Shown here: positions 10,911 to 22,699 of the stretch, piece after piece
Layout: each line of letters opens with the position of its first letter
Numbering within the stretch: position 1 is the first letter of the stretch
Source of the DNA: Candidatus Latescibacterota bacterium
GTDB taxonomy: Bacteria > Latescibacterota > UBA2968 > UBA8231
Reading direction: 5' to 3'
Length of the DNA: 64,000 nt
Assembly: GCA_965206595.1 (NCBI GenBank)
Contig: OZ242214.1
Location: 5,760,001 to 5,824,000, forward strand
The notes under the pieces: generated by a model
Told to the model about the DNA's origin: nothing
What the model saw: only the letters and a program-made list of their open reading frames with translations
The model's database searches: none
Position numbers and translations under genes: made by a program

Positions 10911-10940
10911 GGTCCTCGTCCTCGGTTGCAGCCACAGCGC

Positions 10941-12036
10941 CTACAGATCGACGACCTGCAGGCGCTGTGCCAGCTTGTCTCCCATAAGATCGGACTTGCT
11001 CTCGAGTTTCAAAACGCCGCGCGGGCAGACGTGGGCGCACATCCCGCAGCCGACGCACGAAGCCCGCTTGACGTCCTGGAAGCCCGCTTGACGTCCTGGT
11101 TGTTGCGGGCGTAGGCGCGCACGTCGATTCCCATCTCGCAGTAGGCGCTGCAGTTGCCGCACGAGATGCACATGTCCGGTTTCACGCTGATGCGGAAGCG
11201 CCCGAACTTCTGGATCAGGCCGAGCAGCGCCGCCATCGGGCAGAAGAAGCGGCACCAGACCCGGGTCCCCAGCAGCGGGTAGAGCGCCACGGCGAACACC
11301 CCCGACAGCAGCGCCCCGACGATGAGCCCGTACATCTCCTGAATCTTGAAGGCCACCGCGGCGAAGCCTGGGTGGTTCTGGCCGATGCCCCAGTTGATGA
11401 AGACGACCGCGGTTGTGCCGAGGGCGAGAAGCAGCACCGTGTGGATGGAGACCTGCTCGAACTTCCACGCACGCGTCGACTTGTCGGAGAGGTGGCGCCA
11501 GGAGTCGCCGGCGGTCTCGGCAAGGCCGCCGCAGCCGCAGATCCACGAGCAGTAGAAGCGCTTGCCGAAGATGAAGGCCAGCGCCGGAAACAGGATCAGC
11601 GAGCCGATGAAGCTGTAGAGGGCGATCAGCACCGGGTACTCGAGGATCGTGCTCGGGTAGAAGTACTCGATCTTAAGCGGCCACAGGTAGGAGAAGAAAA
11701 AATCCTTCTTCCCGACAGGGCGACCGCGAAAGGCAGGCAGAAGGCGAGCACGATCTGCACCGCCACCACGACAAGGGTCCTGACGCGCTGGTAGCGGCTG
11801 TTGCCGTGGCGGCCCAGGAAGAAGGCGCCGCCGGCGATCATGGCGAGCGAGTAGATGGCGCCGTAGAGCCACCACTTGTTGCCCAGACCCAGGGCCGCGG
11901 CGAGCGGGTCGAACCAGTCGGTGAAATAGGTCGCCAGGTAGAAGGCGAGGATGGCGGCCCCGAGGATCCAGGCGCTCGCCCCGCGCCGCCGCCATGCTTC
12001 CCGGTAGGTGCTCATCAGTCCGTGTTGGTACATCAT
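10941..12036 (-). pseudogene. Membrane 4Fe-4S binding protein, frameshifted
   Basis: Pieces in three frames: MMYQHGL... / GKRFYCSWICGCGGLAETAGD, WCRFFCP, CISCGNCSAYC / CVGCGMCAHVCP. Shifts near 11720 and at a 20-bp tandem duplication at 11060-11099. Confidence 0.8.
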
Positions 12037-12065
12037 CTGCTCGCGCCCTCCTCGGAAATGTTTCC

Positions 12066-13421
12066 TTATGTGACCGTCGCCTGCAAAAGGTGTCGAAGAC
12101 CGGCGGGGGCGTCAGCTCCGGGTCGAACAGGGCCTCCCGCAAGTGGGACAACACGTAGCGCAGGTCGCGGCGCTCCTCGATCCAGCGCACCAGGAAGGTG
12201 TGGTCCCAGCGGCGGCCCAGCATGTTGAAGCCGACGACGCGGTCGTTCTGCAGGACGATCCGCGTGGTGCTGCGCACCGGTCCGGTCTCCTCGTGGAACC
12301 AGTTCCTCTCCCCCTCGAGGTTGAAGTTGACCAGCCCGGCGGTGGTGTACTCGACATCCATGAACTTCGCCGAATTGTAGAACGTCCCGCGCTCGTAGGT
12401 GGCGGAGTCTCCCAGCATGGCGACGCCGGCCACCCGGCCCTGGGCGCGCGAGGTGTACCACAGCTGCTCCGGCCTGCGGCTGCCGTCGAACCAGGCGACC
12501 GCGGCGCCGCCGGCGGCGAACACGCCGGGGGCCGAGGTCGCAAGCCCCCCGTCGACGGCGATGCCCCAAGAGCGCTCGTCGAGCTCGATACCCGAGTCAC
12601 CGAGTCACCGAGTCACCCGGTGTGGGAACCACCCCGATGGTGATGACGGCGATATCGCACTCGATCCCGGGACCGTCGTCCCAGGTGTCGTCGGGAAAGG
12701 CGTTGGGCCGGTGCCCCGAACCGGCGACCTTGGTGCGCATTCCCGTTACCGCGCCCGCGGCGTCGCCGACGAACTCGTCGACGACGGTGTTGAGGTGCAC
12801 GTGCAGGCCGTTCTCCTCCATCACCCGCGCGATCCAGGCGGCCTCGCGGCCGTCGATGGCCAGCGGCCAGTACCAGTCCTCCATGATCAGGAAATGGGTG
12901 TCGACCCCGGCATGGGCGAGGATCTCTGCCGCCTCGATGCCGACCAGTCCGCCCCCTACGACCGCGGCGCTCCGGGCGCGGCGGCCTGCCGGCGCCGGGG
13001 CCGCCGTGGGCCTCGCGTTCGAGCCACTCGAGGTCCTGCATGGTGACGAAGTGGCCGATCCCGTCGAGGTCGGACCCGGGCCAGGGGCCCGAGCGCGGCC
13101 GCGAGCCGCAGGCGATCAGCAGGCGGTCGTAGGGAAGCGGCTCGAGCCCGCCGGCGAGAAGCACCAGCCTGGCCTCGACGTCGACCCCGGTGGCGCGCGC
13201 CCTCACCCGCCCGAAGCCGACGCGCTCGTACAGGTCGCGCTCGTAGGTCTCGATGTCGCGGTGCGACAGCTGTCCGCAGAAGACGTACATCAGCGCCGTG
13301 CGGGAGAAGGGTGGTCGGACTCTTCCGACACGATGGAGATTTCCCAGTCCGGCTCGCGCTGGCGAATCGTCAGCGCCGCCTCCATTCCGGCGACTCCGTT
13401 TCCTATAATGACGGCTCTCAT
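12066..13421 (-). pseudogene. FAD-dependent pyridine-nucleotide-disulfide-family oxidoreductase (NirB/rubredoxin-reductase-like), multiply frameshifted
   Basis: MRAVIIGNGVAG..., SRTALMYVFCG, YDRLLIACGS, VFAAG, FYNSAKFMDVEY spread over at least 4 frames; 8-bp unit CCGAGTCA repeated 3 times near 12592-12615. Confidence 0.8.
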
Positions 13422-13646
13422 TGCGGTATGCGGTTTACCAGTTGGATGACCGAAGCGCGCCTCGGTTTCAAGGTTCCGCCGCATTTGGCTGCAACGGCCT
13501 GTTGCTCCCCCTTCGTCGCCGGCATCGTCCCGGCCGGGGCAAGGGGAGTGAATCTCGTCATGGAACAGGCTGGAATCCAGGTTGCCGAGGGCGTCGCTCC
13601 AGCGGCTTGAAGCTTGTGGAACCCCGAGTCAATGCGGATAATCCAA

Positions 13647-13679
13647 TATAGTACATCTATAGTACAACTATAGTACAAC
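13647..13679. promoter_or_regulatory. Three tandem 11-bp direct repeats (TATAGTACAWC) between the divergent oxidoreductase and arsS
   Basis: TATAGTACA starts at 13647, 13658 and 13669, an exact 11-bp period. Confidence 0.6.
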
Positions 13680-13696
13680 GCATCACACCGCATCGG

Positions 13697-14758
13697 ATGA
13701 CGATGAGCGAACTGGTTCACATCGAAACAGCTGCCGCCGGACCGGCGCCCCGCCCGCGGGTCACGAAGTCGAATCGCGACCTGCTGGCCGGCGACTGGCC
13801 GCGCTTCTCCGACGTGCTCGACGAGCACGCCTTCCTCCTCGAGCGACGCCGGCTCACCACCCTGCAGGTCAACGTCGGCAAGCTCTGCAACCAGACCTGC
13901 CGCCACTGTCACGTCGAAGCCGGCCCCACACGCACGGAACAGATGACCCGCCGGACCGCGGAGCGGGTCGTCGAGCTGATGGACCTGCCCGGCGCCGAGG
14001 ATCTCGACCTCGTCGATATCACCGGCGGGGCGCCGGAGCTCAGCCCGCAGTTCCGCTTCCTCGCCGGGGAAGCGCGCTCCCGCGGCCTCCGCGTCATCGA
14101 CCGCTGCAACCTCACCGTGCTCTTCGAGCCTGGCCAGGAGGACACCGCCGGCTTCCTGCGCGACCACCGGGTCGAAGTCGTCGCCTCCCTGCCCTGCTAC
14201 TCCAGCGAAAACGTCACCCGGCAGCGGGGGGAAGGAGTGTTCGCCAAAAGCATCGAGGCGCTGCAGCTGCTCAATTCCCTCGGCTACGGGCAGGAGGGTA
14301 CCGGTCTCGTCCTCGACCTCGTGTACAACCCGGTGGGGGCCTTCCTGCCGCCGGACCAGGAGGAGTTGCAGAGCGACTACAAGGAGCGCTTGCTCGCCGA
14401 CTTCGGCATCCTCTTCAACCGGCTCTACACGATCACCAACATGCCGGTGAAGCGCTTCCTGTACGATCTCAAGCACAGCCACGGGCTCGAGGAGTACATG
14501 ACCCTCCTGGTCAACAGCTTCAACCTGCAGGCCGCGGAAAACGTCATGTGCCGCGACCTGGTCTCCATCGGTTGGGAGGGGACCGTCTACGACTGCGATT
14601 TCAACCAGATGCTTGAGATGCCGGTCCCGGGTCCGCGCCGCAGCATCTGGGACCTCGACTCCCTCGACGAGTTCAACCGCGGCCCCATCGCCGTCGCCGA
14701 CCACTGCTTCGGCTGCACCGCCGGGGCCGGCAGCAGCTGCGGCGGCTCCCTGGACTGA
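13697..14758 (+). CDS. arsS: Arsenosugar-biosynthesis radical SAM protein ArsS (TIGR04167-like, DUF3641 C-terminus), Cys form
   Basis: LQVNVGKLCNQTCRHCHVEAGP, DITGGAPE, IDRCNLT, ASLPCY, YDCDFNQM, HCFGCTAGAGSSCGG. Confidence 0.9.
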   Translation: MTMSELVHIETAAAGPAPRPRVTKSNRDLLAGDWPRFSDVLDEHAFLLERRRLTTLQVNVGKLCNQTCRHCHVEAGPTRTEQMTRRTAERVVELMDLPGAEDLDLVDITGGAPELSPQFRFLAGEARSRGLRVIDRCNLTVLFEPGQEDTAGFLRDHRVEVVASLPCYSSENVTRQRGEGVFAKSIEALQLLNSLGYGQEGTGLVLDLVYNPVGAFLPPDQEELQSDYKERLLADFGILFNRLYTITNMPVKRFLYDLKHSHGLEEYMTLLVNSFNLQAAENVMCRDLVSIGWEGTVYDCDFNQMLEMPVPGPRRSIWDLDSLDEFNRGPIAVADHCFGCTAGAGSSCGGSLD

Positions 14759-15281
14759 GAACCACCCCCGGTTACCGGCAGTCTTCCTGGAATCCCCGCA
14801 TCCTTCCACGGGGCGCCGTAATCAGACAGGCGCGACCCTGCCGGAAACCGGTCCATACCGCGGTCGCCGGTGGCGCCACGTGCCCGCCTGACCGCGGCAA
14901 CCTGCCTGCGCAACCCCGTTCCGGTGTGAGGTCGCATTCAATTCCGGGGAATCCGGCCCCCGCATCCCTCCCTCGACGTCACTTTCGCTCGCGGCGATCA
15001 CCCGTGCGGACTCGCATCAAGCGCCCTGCGAGCCGCGGGCATCGGCTGAGAACTTGTGCCTGCGGGCGCAATTCCGCGTGAATTCCGTCGCCCTACATCC
15101 TGAGGGAAAAAATCGCGGTTCCAATCCAAACCCGTTCATCTGTGCGGAACTTCCCCCCAATCCCGGCTCGCGGCGTTGCCTTCCGCGCGCCGTACTCCCC
15201 AGGCACGACTCACAGGCGCATTTGCGATCCGGGCGCATCGGCGAAAGGAGGTAGTTGGTCCTCGTTCAGCAGGCGCGAAGG

Positions 15282-17723
<2,442 letters not shown>

Positions 17724-18002
17724 TCGATGTTTGATCGGTGCAGGTGTTCGATGAGGAGCTGGGCCCGTAGCCGGAATGTGCGCGGCAGGGAGCCTGCTCT
17801 CTTTAAGGGACACATGCTCGGCAGAAATCATCCGGTTTCATCGGCTCCCGAAAAAGATGTTGGTGTCGAACCTGCAGGGGGCAGCCGGCCGCGGCAGAGG
17901 CCGCTGCCCCGGCAGCTTGTTCCCGGCCCGCAAAGCAGCTAAGGTATCCGCTCTTTTCCCGCTGGATCCATTCGCCGCTCTCCAATCGCAAGGAAATTTT
18001 CC

Positions 18003-19634
18003 ATGGCCATATCCAAGCACGGACTCAGGCATCGACCCACCGTAATGGGCAGGCGCGGCATGGTCGCCTCCGCCAATCCCCTCGGCTCGCTGGCCGGGCT
18101 GCGCATCCTCATGCAGGGCGGCAACGCCGTCGACGCGGCGGTGGCGACCGCCGCCGCCCTCAACGTGGCCGAGCCCTACATGTCGGGGATCGGCGGCGTC
18201 GGATACATGCACATCTACAGCGCCCGCGATCAGGAGCACAAGGTGCTCGACTACATAGGGCTGACACCAGCGGCCGCGGACCTTTCGCTGTTCGACGAGG
18301 AGAAAAAGGGGAGCGGGCCCTTGTCCCCTATCGTGCCCGGCGCCTGCGGAGGCTGGCTCGAGGCCCTGCGCAAGTACGGCACCATGGACCCCGACACGGT
18401 GTTCGCCCCGGCGATCGATCACGCCGAGCAGGGGATCGCCCTGACGGTCAGCAACAACTTCTACTTCGAAACCTGCGAGCCGAGGCTGTCGAAGTATCCC
18501 TCCTCGGCTTCCAACTACCTGGTGAAGGGGCGCGCTCCCCTGCCGGGAGACGTGCTCGTGCAGAAGGATCTCGCCGAGACCTTCCGCGCCGTCTGCCGCT
18601 CGGGACCGGAGGTGTTCTACACCGGGGAGATCGGCGAGATGACCGCCGCCTTCCTCGCCGAGGTCGGGGGGCTGATCACCAGGGAGGACCTCGCCGGCTT
18701 CGAGCCGGTCTGGCTCGACCCGGTCTGCATCGACTACCGCGGCTACAGGATCTGGGCGCCCCCACCCCCCTGCCAGGCGGTGCAGTACCTCGAGACCCTC
18801 AACATCATGGAGGGATACGACGTCGCCGCCATGGGGCACAACACCGCGGACACCCTTCACACCTTCCTCGAAGCGGTGAAGCTGTCGATCGCCGACCGCG
18901 CCGAGTACACCGCCATCGAACATCCGCCGACCTCGGGCCTGTTGTCCAAGGAGTTCGCGGCGAAGCGCAGGGAGCTGATCGGCGACCGGGCCCAACCATG
19001 CGGCGGCGACCTCTACACCGCGGAGAAGATGGAGAACGAGGTGGTCGCAGGGGACCCTTACCCCTACGTCCTCAACGAGTGCACGACCCATTTCGACACC
19101 GTGGACGCCGACGGCAACGCCGTCGCCTGTACGCAGAGCCTTGGCGGCGGTTTCGGCTCGGCGATGGTGGTGCCGGGCACCGGGGTGGCGCTCAACAATT
19201 TCATCAACTGGTTCGACCTTGAGCCGAAAAGCCCGAACGCCATCGGTCCGTTGAAGAAGAACGAGATGTGCATGTCGCCGATTCAGGTCTGGGACGACGG
19301 CGGACTGCGCCTGCTGATCGGTACCCCGGGAAGCCACGGGATTCTGCAGACGACGCCGCAGATGATCATGAACGTCCTCGACCACGACATGAACGTGCAG
19401 GCGGCGATCGAGGCGCCGCGCGCCAAGACCAACAGGGGTTACCAGATCGGCGCCGAGGACCGCATCGGCGCAGAGGTATTCGCCCGGCTCGAGGAGCGCG
19501 GGCACGTGATCGAACGTCTCGGAGACTGGACCGCCGGCGTGGGAGGCGGACAGGGGATCATGATCGACCCCGACAGCGGCTCCTTCACCGGCGGGGCCGA
19601 CCCCAGGCGCGACGGCTATGCCATGGGGTGGTGA
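18003..19634 (+). CDS. ggt: Gamma-glutamyltransferase family protein
   Basis: GGNAVDAAVATAAALNVAEPYMSGIGG, TTHFDTVDADGN (Thr nucleophile), GTPG, ADPRRDG. Confidence 0.92.
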   Translation: MAISKHGLRHRPTVMGRRGMVASANPLGSLAGLRILMQGGNAVDAAVATAAALNVAEPYMSGIGGVGYMHIYSARDQEHKVLDYIGLTPAAADLSLFDEEKKGSGPLSPIVPGACGGWLEALRKYGTMDPDTVFAPAIDHAEQGIALTVSNNFYFETCEPRLSKYPSSASNYLVKGRAPLPGDVLVQKDLAETFRAVCRSGPEVFYTGEIGEMTAAFLAEVGGLITREDLAGFEPVWLDPVCIDYRGYRIWAPPPPCQAVQYLETLNIMEGYDVAAMGHNTADTLHTFLEAVKLSIADRAEYTAIEHPPTSGLLSKEFAAKRRELIGDRAQPCGGDLYTAEKMENEVVAGDPYPYVLNECTTHFDTVDADGNAVACTQSLGGGFGSAMVVPGTGVALNNFINWFDLEPKSPNAIGPLKKNEMCMSPIQVWDDGGLRLLIGTPGSHGILQTTPQMIMNVLDHDMNVQAAIEAPRAKTNRGYQIGAEDRIGAEVFARLEERGHVIERLGDWTAGVGGGQGIMIDPDSGSFTGGADPRRDGYAMGW

Positions 19635-19640
19635 AGCCGC

Positions 19641-20366
19641 TCACTTGTCGGTTTCGTTGCCCAGTGCCTCGCAGGCGGCGGCGAACCCGGCGGACGTGCT
19701 GGTGTAACCGATGACGTGCTCGAAGTTGCGGAACACGATCTTGCGCAGCCATCCGCCTTCCTCGAGGCGGTCGTCCACGGTGTCGGAGTACTCCCCGGAG
19801 TGGGTGCAGTCCCGCAGCATGATAACCCGATAATTGTGCTCGACCGCCCCGGCGGTGGTCTGGTAGAGGCAGGCCCGCTGGCTGAACCCCACGGCGATCA
19901 ACGTCTTGATGTCCCTGCAGCGCAGGTGGTAGTCGGTGTGGGTCTCGTGGAACCCCGACCATTCCCGCTTGGGAAAATCCGGCTCGTGCGCCAGCGGCCG
20001 GATCGAAGGTGAGTAATCGGGCTTTACGGGGGTCCGGGCCGGGGCCGGCCGCGCCGCGGCCCCGGGAATGCCCCAGCGCGTTCCGTGCAGCTCGCGCTTG
20101 ATGCTGCCCGGCTCGTCGACGAGCGAGAAGTCGTTGTGAATGTAGAAGACGTGCATGCCGGCCTTGCGCGCCGCGGCCAGGGCCGGCGCGATCCCCTCCT
20201 CCACGTGCGGATTCCCGGAGCCGCAGTCGCTGTCGACGACCATGAACGCGGTGCGTTCCAGCTCGAGCTCGAGGGTGGCGTAGCGATGCCCTTCCTCCCC
20301 GTACCGCTGTCCGTTGTAGTTGCCCGCCGGGCCGAACCAGCGCACCGGCATTTTCAGTGTCGTCAT
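19641..20366 (-). CDS. Cysteine hydrolase / isochorismatase family
   Basis: TAFMVVD, FPKREWSGF and GFSQRACLYQT supply the D-K-C triad; start reassigned to MTTLK after a GGAG RBS. Confidence 0.8.
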   Translation of the reverse strand: MTTLKMPVRWFGPAGNYNGQRYGEEGHRYATLELELERTAFMVVDSDCGSGNPHVEEGIAPALAAARKAGMHVFYIHNDFSLVDEPGSIKRELHGTRWGIPGAAARPAPARTPVKPDYSPSIRPLAHEPDFPKREWSGFHETHTDYHLRCRDIKTLIAVGFSQRACLYQTTAGAVEHNYRVIMLRDCTHSGEYSDTVDDRLEEGGWLRKIVFRNFEHVIGYTSTSAGFAAACEALGNETDK

Positions 20367-20376
20367 CTGGAGACTC

Positions 20377-21723
20377 CTATCCGAACCAGGAGGGTTTCGG
20401 TGTCGCCGGCGGCCAGTAGCCGGCGGGGTTTTCATCCCACTCCCGCCCGCACATCCGCGAGATGACCACCCACTCCGCGGCGGTGAGGTGGCCGTGGTTG
20501 TGGAAGAGGAAACGCTTCAGCCCGGCGGCTTCCGAGGCGGTGAGAATGCGCTGCAGGTCGCCGGCCGTCATCGGGTCGCCGGAGTGCGGCATGCGCCCGG
20601 TGTCGACCCAGGGCATGATCTTGCCGGGATCCCCCACCGCGGCGAGGGCGCGCCGGGTTTCCCGCTGCACCACTTCGTCGAAGAAGGTCTGGGGAAACCC
20701 GAGCTCCAGGTCTGCGAGGCTCTCCACCTCGGGCAGCTCGATCCCCATCCAGGCGCGCAGGACGGTCCAGCAGTCGTCCTCAGTCGTGCCCGGGTTCCAT
20801 TCGGCGATCTGCTTTACCCAGCGCGCGACGGTGCCGTACATGCCGTCGAAGCCGCGATGCCAGAAGTAGTGCTTCACCAGCAGGATATCGACGATCTCGT
20901 CCCAGGCGTGGAAGTCGAGGGCGGTCATTCCCGAGAACATCGCCGAGCGCGGACCGTTTCCGAGCAGCAGCTTGCGCGGCATTCCCTCGAGCTCGCCGCG
21001 GAACGCCCGCCCCTCGCGAAGGCCGTCCTCGCGGCGCCAGCGCAGCCAGTAGAGGGCGTCCTCGTCGATGTCGAACAGGTCCATCGCCGACAGGACCCCG
21101 CCCTCGGCGTAGTAGCGGATCTGGGACGGGGTGAAGCTGTGGAAACGCCGGTGCAGGTGCTCGCGGCCCCGCTCGAGGCGTCCGGCATCGTAGCCGCGTA
21201 CCTCGGCCGCCTCCTTCTGCGACTCGTTCATCTCGCGAAACACGGCGTTGCCATGGTGGTAGACGAGCTCATACGCCGATTCCGTCCAGCCGTCCATGAT
21301 GCCGCCGTCCGCTTCGGGAAAAGCGGCGAACACATCCTCCCATACCGCGGCCTGCAGCTGCGTGCCGTAGGGATCCTCGGCCAGCGGCAGGGCGGTCGCC
21401 GCCGCGGTCCCGGGGCCGGGGCAGAAGATCATCAGGCTCCAGCCGCGGCGCTTGGCGTCTTCCAGCATGGCGTGCAGGAGGCGTTCCTTGGCGGGGTTGC
21501 AGGCGACGTCGCGCCGCGCGACCTCCAGGCCTCGATCCCGGTACGGGTCGAGCCTGCTCTCGAAGGCGGGCACGGTGAAGTTTCCGTCGGCGTCGGCGAA
21601 CAGCAGGCGCCCGAAGACCATGCCGCGGATACCGCCGGCCTCCCAGGCGTCGAAGATGCGCTCGTAGTCGTCCATCACCGCTTCCAGAGGCTGTCCGATC
21701 CGAATCCAGGGAATCAATGCCAT
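20377..21723 (-). CDS. Hypothetical protein (448 aa), possibly a TIM-barrel enzyme
   Basis: Long ORF with protein-like composition, 10 nt upstream of the cysteine hydrolase. Confidence 0.75.
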   Translation of the reverse strand: MALIPWIRIGQPLEAVMDDYERIFDAWEAGGIRGMVFGRLLFADADGNFTVPAFESRLDPYRDRGLEVARRDVACNPAKERLLHAMLEDAKRRGWSLMIFCPGPGTAAATALPLAEDPYGTQLQAAVWEDVFAAFPEADGGIMDGWTESAYELVYHHGNAVFREMNESQKEAAEVRGYDAGRLERGREHLHRRFHSFTPSQIRYYAEGGVLSAMDLFDIDEDALYWLRWRREDGLREGRAFRGELEGMPRKLLLGNGPRSAMFSGMTALDFHAWDEIVDILLVKHYFWHRGFDGMYGTVARWVKQIAEWNPGTTEDDCWTVLRAWMGIELPEVESLADLELGFPQTFFDEVVQRETRRALAAVGDPGKIMPWVDTGRMPHSGDPMTAGDLQRILTASEAAGLKRFLFHNHGHLTAAEWVVISRMCGREWDENPAGYWPPATPKPSWFG

Positions 21724-21762
21724 GGCGGCTGCTCCGGTCGTCCATGTTGCGGCAGGTTAAAG

Positions 21763-21792
21763 AAAAAGCCGCTCCTGTTTGAAGCGGCTTTT
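21763..21792. terminator. Intrinsic terminator-like hairpin
   Basis: AAAAAGCCGCT-cctgtttga-AGCGGCTTTT downstream of the 21864-22532 gene. Confidence 0.6.
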
Positions 21793-21863
21793 GTAGTTAA
21801 AGCCAGACAGCGTCAGTTGGCGCCCTGCTCTCCGGCTGTCTCGTATTCCAACTCGTCCCAGCT

Positions 21864-22532
21864 CTAATCGCCGGTAATGGGCGGATGGTCGACCTCCAGG
21901 CTGCCGGCGCCGGTAGTATCGGGTACGTCCCCCTCGTCGTGCCAAGCGGCGCGAATCCGCTCCAGTTCCAGCCCCTGCTCTGCTGTCAGCATGGCCTCGA
22001 AAGCCATGCGGTGCTCCTCCAGCAGGCCGCCCGGGTCCACGAGACCGGATGCCTCCGCCGCGGCGTAGCGGGCGCGCTGCCGCTCCAGAAGATCGAGCCA
22101 GCGGCGCTGCTGCTGCTCCGTGAGCTCCAGGGCGTCGGCAAGGTAACCGGGTTTCAGCCCGCCGGGTGGAGCGGGGATCATGCGTTCCTCGATGAACTCG
22201 CGGGCTCGCGCCAAAAACAGGCGCTGGTCCTCCGACAGAATCCGGTCGCGCTCCGCGGTGTGCGCGCGCAGGGCACGGCGAAATCGCTCCCGCCCCTCTC
22301 CGGGCGTCAGCATCCCTTCCTCGACCTGCCGTCTCACGGACTTCACTTCCCACTCCAGGGCAGCGCGCAGATCCCGCAGGCTGACTTCCTGGTTCTTCGT
22401 CAGGTTGAGCGCCTTCCGCACCCGCTGGCGGAAACGCTCCGGGTCGAATCGCTCCCCGCCCTCCTCTCCAAGTTGTGGAAGGGACGGCGCGGAAACGGCG
22501 AACACCAGAAATGCAATCAGTACGCGTGTCAT
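21864..22532 (-). CDS. Secreted helical protein with Spy/CpxP-like LTxxQ repeats
   Basis: Signal peptide; LNLTKNQ, ILSEDQ, LELTEQQ and MLTAEQ. Confidence 0.7.
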   Translation of the reverse strand: MTRVLIAFLVFAVSAPSLPQLGEEGGERFDPERFRQRVRKALNLTKNQEVSLRDLRAALEWEVKSVRRQVEEGMLTPGEGRERFRRALRAHTAERDRILSEDQRLFLARAREFIEERMIPAPPGGLKPGYLADALELTEQQQRRWLDLLERQRARYAAAEASGLVDPGGLLEEHRMAFEAMLTAEQGLELERIRAAWHDEGDVPDTTGAGSLEVDHPPITGD

Positions 22533-22699
22533 TCTCCCGAGCCTGGATCGTCTCTATGCAGCAGGCCGCCCTTCCGCCCCGAGTCGGTCCGTCCGGCCGC
22601 CGGACCGTTCATGGCGGTACCGTCGATGAATATAGGCAGGAGAGGGAGAACTTGAACGAGTTCCTGCGAGCACTGAAATTCTGGCACCAGGTTTCCCTT

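Noticed and set aside
12592-13679. CRISPR array from short tandem repeats
   Set aside because: Units are 8-11 bp with no spacers, and there are no cas genes.
9462-14758. Selenocysteine recoding in ArsS or DUF3179
   Set aside because: The relevant positions are ordinary Cys codons (GSSCGG, TLCPLT) and there is no in-frame TGA.
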